Positions 56,055 through 64,000 of a DNA stretch of 64,000 bases are shown here, piece after piece. Under the pieces are notes generated by a model. It did not search any database. It had not been told where the DNA came from and saw only the letters and a program-made list of their open reading frames with translations. The stretch is from sequence record MW760841.1, one strand, 5' to 3'. A program made the position numbers and the translations under genes. Positions within the stretch are counted from its first letter, which is position 1, and each line of letters begins with the position of its first letter.

Positions 56055-57323
56055 ATGGCAAATTTTGCACAACGTAAAATCGCCCGCGAATCTATCGAGG
56101 GTACCCCGGACGAAATCGACGGCCTGAGCAACATTGAACCGGGTCACGAAAACCTTGATACCCAACTGGCTGAAATGGCATCTGACGATGCACAGCTGGA
56201 CGGCCTGGCAAGTGACGGCGAAACTCTGTCCGCCGACATCGATCGTACTGAAGTTGCTGTTGACGCTGCTGACGAAGCAGAAGCCAATGGCGAAGAACTG
56301 AGCGAAGAGTCTATCGCCCACACCGAAGTTGCGCAGGAAAGCATCCGTCGCCGCTGGGGTCTGGACGTTCCTCGCGTAGCCCGTGAATCCTACCGTCGTG
56401 GCCGTGGTATGACCAAAGCGGTTGGCGAAGGCTGGAAAGACACCCTGAAAGGGCTGTGGGAACGCTTCCTCGAGTTCATCAAGTCTGTGATCAACAAGAT
56501 CAAAGACGTGAAACTGAAATACATCAACGCCGGTAAATCTGCACAAGCGCGTGCGAAGAAATACCAGGCGGCCCTGAAAGGTCTGTCTAAGAAAAACAAA
56601 GAAGAAATCAGCGGTGGCTGGATTTCTAAACTGTCTATCGAAGGCAAATTCGATATGGATCAGTCTGTATCCATGGCGAAAGAAGTTACCTCTGGTAAAG
56701 CGAAAGCCGCAATCAACAGCATGCAGAGCCTGACCCAGAACATCGTGGCCATGGTCGCTAAAACTGCTGAAGGCGAAACTGAAGCGTTCAACTTCGGTGA
56801 AGCTAACGTGCAGCTGTTCGGTACCACTGCGTCTAAACTTCAGAACCTGCCAGGCTTTGAAAACGGCGACAGCCAGAAACTGATGGCGCTGCCAGGCAAC
56901 GCATACATCCAGTCTGGTAGCAAAGAAGTTCACGGTGCGCACCTGGTTGCGATCGGCTTCATGTCTACCGGTGACGACGCCGAAGAGAAAAACATCCCGA
57001 CTCCGGAACTCGGCAAGCTGCAAGCTGCTGCTTCTGGCATGGATGTGGTTGGTAAAGGCTTTGAGAAAGTGCTTCAGGACTTCCGTAGCTATGACAGCGA
57101 AATTGAAAAGCTGGTCAGTGCTGCTGAGAAAGCCAAAGATGCTCTGAACAAGTCTGACAACCACGCTGACAGCTCTCGTCTGGGCGCTGCTCGTTCCGCT
57201 GCTGATCAGGCGGTTAAAAACTACCAGACTCTGCACCGCGCAGTGTCTTACGTTGCTAACACCGTAATCGCTGGCCTGAACGGCTACATCGGTGCTGGTA
57301 TCGGTGCGTACAGCAAGAAATAA
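56055..57323 (+). CDS. Abundant inner-head/ejection protein, paralogue 1 (SPN3US gp53 / phiKZ gp93-family-like)
   Basis: Acidic propeptide with ARE/S and AQE/S sites; high-expression codon bias. Confidence 0.7.
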   Translation: MANFAQRKIARESIEGTPDEIDGLSNIEPGHENLDTQLAEMASDDAQLDGLASDGETLSADIDRTEVAVDAADEAEANGEELSEESIAHTEVAQESIRRRWGLDVPRVARESYRRGRGMTKAVGEGWKDTLKGLWERFLEFIKSVINKIKDVKLKYINAGKSAQARAKKYQAALKGLSKKNKEEISGGWISKLSIEGKFDMDQSVSMAKEVTSGKAKAAINSMQSLTQNIVAMVAKTAEGETEAFNFGEANVQLFGTTASKLQNLPGFENGDSQKLMALPGNAYIQSGSKEVHGAHLVAIGFMSTGDDAEEKNIPTPELGKLQAAASGMDVVGKGFEKVLQDFRSYDSEIEKLVSAAEKAKDALNKSDNHADSSRLGAARSAADQAVKNYQTLHRAVSYVANTVIAGLNGYIGAGIGAYSKK

Positions 57324-57397
57324 TCGTCTGTCCCGGTGACGTTCGGTTCGTAATCATTGAAGTGGGACTCAGTGTCCCACTTAGAGGAAGATATCAA

Positions 57398-58696
57398 ATG
57401 GCAAACTTTGCACAACGTAAAATCGCTCGCGAGTCCATCGAAGGCACTGGTACCGTCGTACCAGACGGCCTGGAACTGCCAGCGGAATCGGTAGAAGGTA
57501 TCCTGGCGGAACTGGCCGAAAACGAAAAAGGCATCAACCAGCACGATAGCGAAGGTGATGTTCTGACCGAAGACGTGACTGAAACTGAAGCTCAGCTGGA
57601 CGCGGTCAACGAAGCAGACGAAGCGGCTGGCGACGATGCTGGTGATGACGCGATGGATGCGGAAGAAGACATGCCTGACGAAGCAGCGGAAGCGCTGGAC
57701 GTCGCGCAGGAATCTATCCGTAAGCGCTGGGGCTTCGAACACCGCGTAAGCGTTGCTCAGGAAGCGTACGGTTCTCGTAAACGCCGTCAGGTTGCTCGTG
57801 AATCCCTGTGGGATGACATCAAAGCCTTCTTCCGTCGTATGTGGGAATGGCTGAAAGAGCAAGGCCGTAAAGTGAAAGACCGTTGGCTGAAATTCAGCAA
57901 CCAGGGCAAGTCTATCCAGAAACGTTCTAAGCAGTATGCTGAAGCGATCAAAAATCTGGGCAAACTGAAGTCTGGTAAAGAAGAGCTGAAAGGCGGCTTC
58001 ATTAAGAGCCTGTCTGTTGGCGGCAAGTTCATCGGTGATAACCCGGCTGAGCTGAAGAAAGAGCTGGATATGGCCGAAGGCTTCCAGAAAGACCAGGCTA
58101 AGCTGCTGGAAGGCGCTGCTGAGATGGTTGCCAGCATGGAGAAAAACATCGGTGAAGCTCGTAGCACCGGTAAAGAAGGTTTCGGTACTGCTGCCTCTCT
58201 GGAGTACACTGCTATGGAACGCGATATGCGCGCTATGGCTACCGAAGGCGAATCTCTGGGCGGCCTGACTGGCAAGATCGTTGTTGAAGGCACCGGCGAA
58301 GACATCAGCGTTACTGCGTCTGCTGTCGAAAGCGAAAAAGGCGTACCGGACGAAGTGAAGGTTCCTTCTGCTTCTACTCTGGGCGCAGTTAACACCTTCT
58401 ACGGTAATCTCGGCAAAGAAATCGAGAAGATGGTACAGGGTTACCACGCTACTAACCAGAAACGTGAGAAATACGAAAAAGGCATCGAAAATGTGCTGAA
58501 ACGTATCGACGCGCTGAAAGTTGACGATGTTGATAAAGACATCGGTAAAGTGGTGCGTACTGGTCGTCGTCTGATCTCCAATACTCAGTCTGTGCTCGCT
58601 ACCTGCGAACGCCTGGCTTCTAGTGTTGTGAAGAATGCGGTCTCTGGTCTGAACACCTACATCTCCGCAGGCATCGCTTGCTACGACAAGAAGTAA
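57398..58696 (+). CDS. Abundant inner-head/ejection protein, paralogue 2
   Basis: Shares the N-terminal MANFAQRKIARESIEGT with paralogue 1; ATG 57398 after GAGGA. Confidence 0.7.
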   Translation: MANFAQRKIARESIEGTGTVVPDGLELPAESVEGILAELAENEKGINQHDSEGDVLTEDVTETEAQLDAVNEADEAAGDDAGDDAMDAEEDMPDEAAEALDVAQESIRKRWGFEHRVSVAQEAYGSRKRRQVARESLWDDIKAFFRRMWEWLKEQGRKVKDRWLKFSNQGKSIQKRSKQYAEAIKNLGKLKSGKEELKGGFIKSLSVGGKFIGDNPAELKKELDMAEGFQKDQAKLLEGAAEMVASMEKNIGEARSTGKEGFGTAASLEYTAMERDMRAMATEGESLGGLTGKIVVEGTGEDISVTASAVESEKGVPDEVKVPSASTLGAVNTFYGNLGKEIEKMVQGYHATNQKREKYEKGIENVLKRIDALKVDDVDKDIGKVVRTGRRLISNTQSVLATCERLASSVVKNAVSGLNTYISAGIACYDKK

Positions 58697-58712
58697 TTCT
58701 TAGTCGTTGAAT

Positions 58713-58750
58713 GACCCACCCTTCGGGGTGGGTTTTTCTTTTTCTTTTTT
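58713..58750 (+). terminator. Intrinsic terminator
   Basis: ACCCACCC-TTCG-GGGTGGGT plus T-run. Confidence 0.85.
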
Positions 58751-58775
58751 CTTCTTCGAATAAAAATAATTTCAG

Positions 58776-58794
58776 ATAGATATTACCTTAGTGA
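58776..58794 (+). promoter_or_regulatory. Phage early-promoter-like motif
   Basis: ATAGATATTACCTTAGTGA upstream of 58859. Confidence 0.6.
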
Positions 58795-58858
58795 CTAGAC
58801 GCTCTAGTTTTTTACGTGAGCTGTTTAAACTTATGGTTAACCCGAAGGAGATTTCTTT

Positions 58859-59401
58859 ATGCGTTATTCTTTGATCGATCTAGCGTCTGTCGAAAGACAG
58901 ACAATGCCTCAGTCTTTTGACCTGGTCTTTAAATCCTCTTTACGAGGAATGACCCACAATGTCCCCGATGCGATTATGGTGGCCATCGCCATCATCATTA
59001 CCCAAGCGTACCGTAGCTGTAGCGAACACGTCCTGACGTACGGTCGCCATGAGTTCGTGTGCCCAGCACTGAACTACGAACAATACCTGGAACTCAAGGC
59101 AGCCTGGCAATGGCTGACCAAAGAGGACTACACGCTCTTTAACAAAGTCCACAGTGCCGACTTCTCTAAACAGGAATACTTCTGGCGCAAGAAACAAGAA
59201 CGGACTTCTGCATTGTTTGGCGGGCGTGAGGTGTACATGGTCATCCCTACGCTTACCGAGAAGGTACGTCGGGGTATCATCTACATCGTCGAAACGCGTA
59301 ACTGCGATAGCCTGTTAGACGGCAAAGAAGCCCTGCGTATGGAATTGCCACACTCAGGCATGACCATTGACCTGCGTAGCCCACAACTGAAAGAGGCGTA
59401 A
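58859..59401 (+). CDS. Hypothetical protein
   Basis: 180-aa ORF, RBS AAGGAG. Confidence 0.8.
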   Translation: MRYSLIDLASVERQTMPQSFDLVFKSSLRGMTHNVPDAIMVAIAIIITQAYRSCSEHVLTYGRHEFVCPALNYEQYLELKAAWQWLTKEDYTLFNKVHSADFSKQEYFWRKKQERTSALFGGREVYMVIPTLTEKVRRGIIYIVETRNCDSLLDGKEALRMELPHSGMTIDLRSPQLKEA

Positions 59402-59402
59402 C

Positions 59403-59756
59403 ATGAGCCAAGATGCTAACCGCTTCTCTGTAAGCATGCCGGGTGGTCTGAGTTCAATTCGCATGACCTTAGGCGGTGAGAACCTTCACCTGGTACCAGA
59501 AGACGTTACCGGGCTTCTGGAGTTCCTTAATGACCGCAACCGTATCGGAACGTATGCTCTGCGCTTACGGACACCGTTCATCGGCAGCGGAATGTTCGCA
59601 GGCGTGAAAACGGAACATCTGGTCGTGGATATCGAAGCACGTACCGTGACCATCACGTTGATTACCAGTAGCCTCCAGCAGCACACCTATGGGCGTAAAG
59701 ACCTGACGGCGTACTTGCGGGAACTGAATAAGATAATCCAGAAGGATAAAGAATGA
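59403..59756 (+). CDS. Hypothetical protein
   Basis: 117-aa ORF, RBS GAGG. Confidence 0.75.
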   Translation: MSQDANRFSVSMPGGLSSIRMTLGGENLHLVPEDVTGLLEFLNDRNRIGTYALRLRTPFIGSGMFAGVKTEHLVVDIEARTVTITLITSSLQQHTYGRKDLTAYLRELNKIIQKDKE

Positions 59757-60283
59757 AACTTTCTATCATTGCGGCAGTAGACCTCAACAACGCTATCGGT
59801 AAAGGCAACACCTTACCATGGCGACTCCCGGCAGACTTAGCCAACTTCAAAGCCTTGACTTTAGGCAAGCTGATTATCATGGGCCGTAAGACCTGGGAGT
59901 CTCTCGGCTGTCGTCCATTGCCTGACCGGACGACGCTAGTGATAACTCGTCAAGCGGACGAACTGGAAGTACCCTACGGTGTGCTCCTCGCCAAGAGCAT
60001 CCCCGAAGCCATGAAGTTCGTCACCAATGCGGTTAACGACGAAGCATTCCCAGAAGAAGTCTTCATCATCGGTGGTGCCGAAATTTACCACCAGTTCATG
60101 TCACTGGCGGACAAGATTTACTTGTCGCGTATTGAACTGAAGGTAGACGGTGCGGATGCCCACTTCCCAGAGATTGACCGGGATGTCTGGCAGATGGACT
60201 ACCACACCCGCAACCTGAAAGACGGGTTGAAGCACACGCACGATTGGCACTATCAAATTTGGGGGAAAGTCCATGCAAACTAA
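59753..60283 (+). CDS. folA: Dihydrofolate reductase
   Basis: IG.GN.LPW.LPADL..FK, IMGRKTWES, LPDR, IIGGAEIY, DAHFP. Confidence 0.95.
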   Translation: MKLSIIAAVDLNNAIGKGNTLPWRLPADLANFKALTLGKLIIMGRKTWESLGCRPLPDRTTLVITRQADELEVPYGVLLAKSIPEAMKFVTNAVNDEAFPEEVFIIGGAEIYHQFMSLADKIYLSRIELKVDGADAHFPEIDRDVWQMDYHTRNLKDGLKHTHDWHYQIWGKVHAN

Positions 60284-60746
60284 ACTGCAAGCAGTAACCG
60301 CAGCCAGTCTGTTCGACCACCTGGTGACCGTGAAGGATCATGACGAACATCCGTACAACGTTAACCTGGAAACCATGAAGTCGTGGGAAGAGGCGGCGTT
60401 CTATCTGGACGGTGAACCGAGCAAACTGGGTAATCACCTCGACCCGAAGACCTTGTTCGCAATACGACCGGTCGGGAATACGCTGCTGTGGTCAGTTTAC
60501 AGTGTGCATGACAACAGTGCGAAGGTAATCGAGAAAGACGGGGATACCCTGCTCGTGGGTATCGATTACAACACGGCATGGCCGACTGAGGTACAGTATC
60601 TGATGTCGGGTACCGTGGATTCCGGTGAACTCACTATCGAGTATTGCTGGGGCTACGGCTTATTGATGGTGGATGATCTGGCTTACGATTTGGGTACCGT
60701 GGGCCGTATCATTCGTCATTATCGCTCTAAACAAGAGCTAGGGTAA
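60273..60746 (+). CDS. Hypothetical protein
   Basis: 157-aa ORF. Confidence 0.75.
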   Translation: MQTKLQAVTAASLFDHLVTVKDHDEHPYNVNLETMKSWEEAAFYLDGEPSKLGNHLDPKTLFAIRPVGNTLLWSVYSVHDNSAKVIEKDGDTLLVGIDYNTAWPTEVQYLMSGTVDSGELTIEYCWGYGLLMVDDLAYDLGTVGRIIRHYRSKQELG

Positions 60747-60758
60747 AGGGGATTTAGC

Positions 60759-61088
60759 ATGGGCGGGTACGCATTGACGGAAATGAACGAGTACGAAATG
60801 AATGAATCGCTGGAACGTTTCTTCCGTGAGATTACGGGGAAAGAAGACGTTCCTGTGAAGGTATTGCTCACGAAGAAAAACGGCGACCCGTACGACACAC
60901 AGCTGCGGGGTATCGCGCTGTACGAAGGGACAACGTACAACTTCATCCGTCTGACGCCACAACAGGCATGTCGGGTAATGGTGAAATCCGACTTGTGTAA
61001 ATCACAGGCGGTGATTCGCGAGTCGTATAACATGACCGTGGTGCGCAGTAAGACGCTGCGCGCTGGAATGGTTTACGAACCGTTCTGA
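60759..61088 (+). CDS. Hypothetical protein
   Basis: 109-aa ORF. Confidence 0.7.
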   Translation: MGGYALTEMNEYEMNESLERFFREITGKEDVPVKVLLTKKNGDPYDTQLRGIALYEGTTYNFIRLTPQQACRVMVKSDLCKSQAVIRESYNMTVVRSKTLRAGMVYEPF

Positions 61089-61093
61089 ACAAT

Positions 61094-61121
61094 AGGGGGC
61101 TTAGGCTCCCTATTTTTTTTT
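61094..61121 (+). terminator. Intrinsic terminator
   Basis: AGGGGGC-TTAG-GCTCCCT plus T-run. Confidence 0.7.
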
Positions 61122-61169
61122 GCCATTACGTTATCGCCCAGTGATATGTACACAACGAGGGACAAGCCA

Positions 61170-62690
61170 ATGCAACAGTATTACGAAGTACCATCATTGG
61201 ACTTGACCGTGCGTAAGTCGGTGATTGACGGGGTTGTAGAGCGCGTATTGATGGAGTCGGGTATCGAGAAACCGGACATCGTCTATGTGGATGCTTTCAA
61301 CACGGCCCATCAGCCTGACTCCACCCTAGGCGAAGAAACCAACGTCGAGTATGCGGCTACTGAGCGTATTTACATCGAGGTTGCTGACGAACGTGATGAG
61401 ATGTCCCGCATTAACCGCAACGTCGGTATGGGCAACGAAATCCCGTTCTTCAAGAATGATATCGACCAGGTGAAAGCATGGGCAGTCCGCAGCAAATACA
61501 AAGCCACGGTCACCTTCCGTCGTAACGCCCAGTCTCCGGACGAGTTGCAACGCTGGGTGAACCGTCTGGACAGTTTGATTGACATGGGGCGTTTTACCCT
61601 GGTCACCGAAGCAGAAGCGTATTACTACATTCCGAAAGGGGTGTTGCGTCTGCTGAACGAAACGTACATAGCCTCCGAGGAGCGTGTACCGAAGTTCGAT
61701 AAGTTTGTCGATTATCTGCAAGCCTATTTCCATCCGTCTGTCTTCGTCACCGGTAACGTCGGTGGCGGGCAAGCGACAATGGCCGTACGCTGGTCTCCGG
61801 TGCGTATGGAAGTCGTCTACGACACCTCACCACCAACCTGGGACAAAGACGAAAACCACTACGAGTCCACCTTTACCGTCACGTTTGATTACGAACGACC
61901 GGAAGAGGTTGCCTGTGTCTATCCGTACATCATCAACCAGACCCCTCTGCCCGATGAGTACCAGCCACAGATTGACCCGCCGTGGATGGAGAACGAAGAA
62001 CAAATCGAGCGCAGTCAACAGCAGAAAGAATTCGACGGAACGTGGTGGAGTAACGAAGCCACCCAGTTGATTATCCTGCCGTACCTGATGTGCCCGAAAG
62101 AACAGTTCCATCGTACCCACACTCCGATTGAGCGTATCACGTTGCCTATCTTCGGTACCGATGTGTGCTTCGGGGAAGAGAATATGTCCAGTCCCGTGAT
62201 TTGTACCACGGAAGACTTGCCGTATGTCTGGAACCCGGTGCTGTTGCCGTATATCGAACACTGTCGTGTGATTGACCCTACTGGCCAACGTGGGGTGTTC
62301 CGCATGGAGCTGTTTGAGAACGGGGCGCGTATCGAGCCACAGTTCTATCACTGGGAAGGGGAGGAGTTTTCCCTGAAGAACCGGGAGATAGATGTCACGA
62401 AGAACTACTTCCTGACCGAGCGGGTGATTTACGATTGGCGTGGGCTTGACATGTTCCCACTGTGGCGTTATCCGAAAGCAGCTGAACTGCTCGTCAAATG
62501 GTTATTCCCGAAATGGGATACGCCGGACTGGTGGTGGGACTTGCCGGTGTTACCGCCGAGTGTGGTTGATGAAATTGAGAAGCAGACGGTGTATCCGGAG
62601 AAAGGGTTGTACCTGACCATCTTCAACACGTCTATTCTGGCTATCCGAGGTGTGAGCGATGTTACAAGCGAAGGGGAAGGGGAACACTAA
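61170..62690 (+). CDS. Virion structural protein (neck/tail completion region)
   Basis: Track ORF 61146..62690; ATG 61170 after GAGGG; TATG late-promoter-like site at about 61145; function inferred from synteny. Confidence 0.6.
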   Translation: MQQYYEVPSLDLTVRKSVIDGVVERVLMESGIEKPDIVYVDAFNTAHQPDSTLGEETNVEYAATERIYIEVADERDEMSRINRNVGMGNEIPFFKNDIDQVKAWAVRSKYKATVTFRRNAQSPDELQRWVNRLDSLIDMGRFTLVTEAEAYYYIPKGVLRLLNETYIASEERVPKFDKFVDYLQAYFHPSVFVTGNVGGGQATMAVRWSPVRMEVVYDTSPPTWDKDENHYESTFTVTFDYERPEEVACVYPYIINQTPLPDEYQPQIDPPWMENEEQIERSQQQKEFDGTWWSNEATQLIILPYLMCPKEQFHRTHTPIERITLPIFGTDVCFGEENMSSPVICTTEDLPYVWNPVLLPYIEHCRVIDPTGQRGVFRMELFENGARIEPQFYHWEGEEFSLKNREIDVTKNYFLTERVIYDWRGLDMFPLWRYPKAAELLVKWLFPKWDTPDWWWDLPVLPPSVVDEIEKQTVYPEKGLYLTIFNTSILAIRGVSDVTSEGEGEH

Positions 62691-63984
62691 GTTTGTTCCC
62701 GTGGAGCAGGAAACCCCGGCTCTGAATCAGCCCCAAGACGGGGTGAAAGAAAAAACCAATATCGTCACCAGTCCAGAACGTACCACCGTCATTGACATGG
62801 AACGTATCCCGCAACGGCAACTGTTGGCGGTAGTCGAAGGGTCACCCTGGCCGACCGAACGCTGGTATCGGTCACTGAAAGGGAAGAACGATCCGAAGGT
62901 GTTGTTTGACCCGAAGGTGGATACCCCCAGTCAGCAGTTCGATTGTATCCGCAACCTTGAGTTGCGGGTCACGCAGGCACTTGACCGCTCGCAGGAAGGC
63001 ACCAACAAAACCTACAGCATGACCGGGGCAGCGACGGTGGTGAACTCGGTACCGGTGAACGAAGGGGACTTCTTCACCGCCTCGATTGGAGACGGGCGTT
63101 TTGGCCTGTTTACCATTACCGCCTCGAACCGTCCGTCGAACAACAAAATCTCGACCTACACGGTTGAGTACGGGATGCTGTACGAAGTGATCCCGTTCCA
63201 TCGTCAGGTGCTGGATACCTGTACGGTGCGAACGTATTACTACATCAAGGAACGGGCGTTCACCGGAGGTGATACGTTACTGACCGAGAAAGAGTACCGT
63301 CGCTTCCTGGAGCTGGGTGAGCGCATTGACAGTATTGAGGAGACGTACGTCAAACGTTTCTACAACGCCGATGCCCAAACCCTGCTGTACCCGAACGATG
63401 TCTGGGGTTACGCCTACGACGTCTTCCTGGCGCTGTTCGTGAAAGCCTTGGGGTTACGTCAGGTTGGGAAAGATATCCGTATCTACCCACACCAGAGGAC
63501 GAATGTGAAGGACGTGGAGACACTGTTCTCCCTCATCATCAAACAAGACCCGTTATTCTTGCAAGATGCCAACCGTCCGAACAAACCGTTCCAGACCCGC
63601 AGCTTCCGTACGCTGCAAGTGGCCAACAACGTGGGCTGGTCGAAAATCTTCGTGACCCGTTTCTTCCAGTCTGACATGCCGCTGAATCAGCAGCTCGGTA
63701 ACTGGGAACCGTTCACGGCGTTTGAGCCTAAACTCTACCCACTCCTCGGGGCAGACGTGCCACTCTTTAATCCGATTACGTACGACCCGTACATCCTCTC
63801 TGAGGAGTTTTACAACGGCTCGTATTCTTCGGTAATTGAGTACGCCCTGCATCTGTATCTGAACAAACAACCGTTAGACAGTGCGATTGCCGCCGAGCTA
63901 GGCGTTGAAGTGCACAAGCTGCCGCGTGACAGTCAATTCTATTACGTGCCGCTGGTCTACGTGCTGTTGAAGCACGCGAGGTAA
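62659..63984 (+). CDS. Virion structural protein
   Basis: 441-aa ORF coupled to the upstream gene; function inferred from synteny. Confidence 0.6.
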   Translation: MLQAKGKGNTKFVPVEQETPALNQPQDGVKEKTNIVTSPERTTVIDMERIPQRQLLAVVEGSPWPTERWYRSLKGKNDPKVLFDPKVDTPSQQFDCIRNLELRVTQALDRSQEGTNKTYSMTGAATVVNSVPVNEGDFFTASIGDGRFGLFTITASNRPSNNKISTYTVEYGMLYEVIPFHRQVLDTCTVRTYYYIKERAFTGGDTLLTEKEYRRFLELGERIDSIEETYVKRFYNADAQTLLYPNDVWGYAYDVFLALFVKALGLRQVGKDIRIYPHQRTNVKDVETLFSLIIKQDPLFLQDANRPNKPFQTRSFRTLQVANNVGWSKIFVTRFFQSDMPLNQQLGNWEPFTAFEPKLYPLLGADVPLFNPITYDPYILSEEFYNGSYSSVIEYALHLYLNKQPLDSAIAAELGVEVHKLPRDSQFYYVPLVYVLLKHAR

Positions 63985-64000
63985 TCATGCCACAGAAACG

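Noticed and set aside
56010-58447. 408-aa and 387-aa antisense ORFs over the head paralogues
   Set aside because: Same shadow effect of highly biased sense codons
1-64000. CRISPR array, transposase, integrase, reverse transcriptase, homing endonuclease or intein
   Set aside because: No regularly spaced direct repeats or diagnostic motifs were seen on reading; a computational repeat and HMM scan would be more sensitive

Overview
The window is a segment of a nucleus-forming phiKZ-like jumbo phage (Chimalliviridae). Gene order resembles what I recall for SPN3US-like enterobacterial phages; this is an inference, as no search was run. From left to right it holds: (1) an accessory/RNA island (about 0-5.6 kb) with an HslV-like Ntn protease, a TerB / small membrane protein / TAXI solute-binding cassette, 12 canonical tRNAs, and many non-tRNA stretches that fold by eye into nested helices, including a ~750-nt ORF-poor element and three tRNA-like mimics; (2) conserved hypothetical genes and the polymerase half of the split family-B DNA polymerase; (3) chimallin and the non-virion RNAP block (beta' N, SbcD-like nuclease, ChmC-like, gp68-like, PicA-like, beta C, beta' C, SF2 helicase); (4) a T4 gp26/gp51-like chaperone pair joined by a candidate -1 frameshift site, a virion RNAP subunit and the exonuclease half of the DNA polymerase; (5) head and baseplate structural genes, DHFR and further virion genes. 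The best leads are the structured-RNA island and the frameshift. All RNA folds were read by eye and need folding and covariation tests. Orthologue names based on synteny are marked as such.
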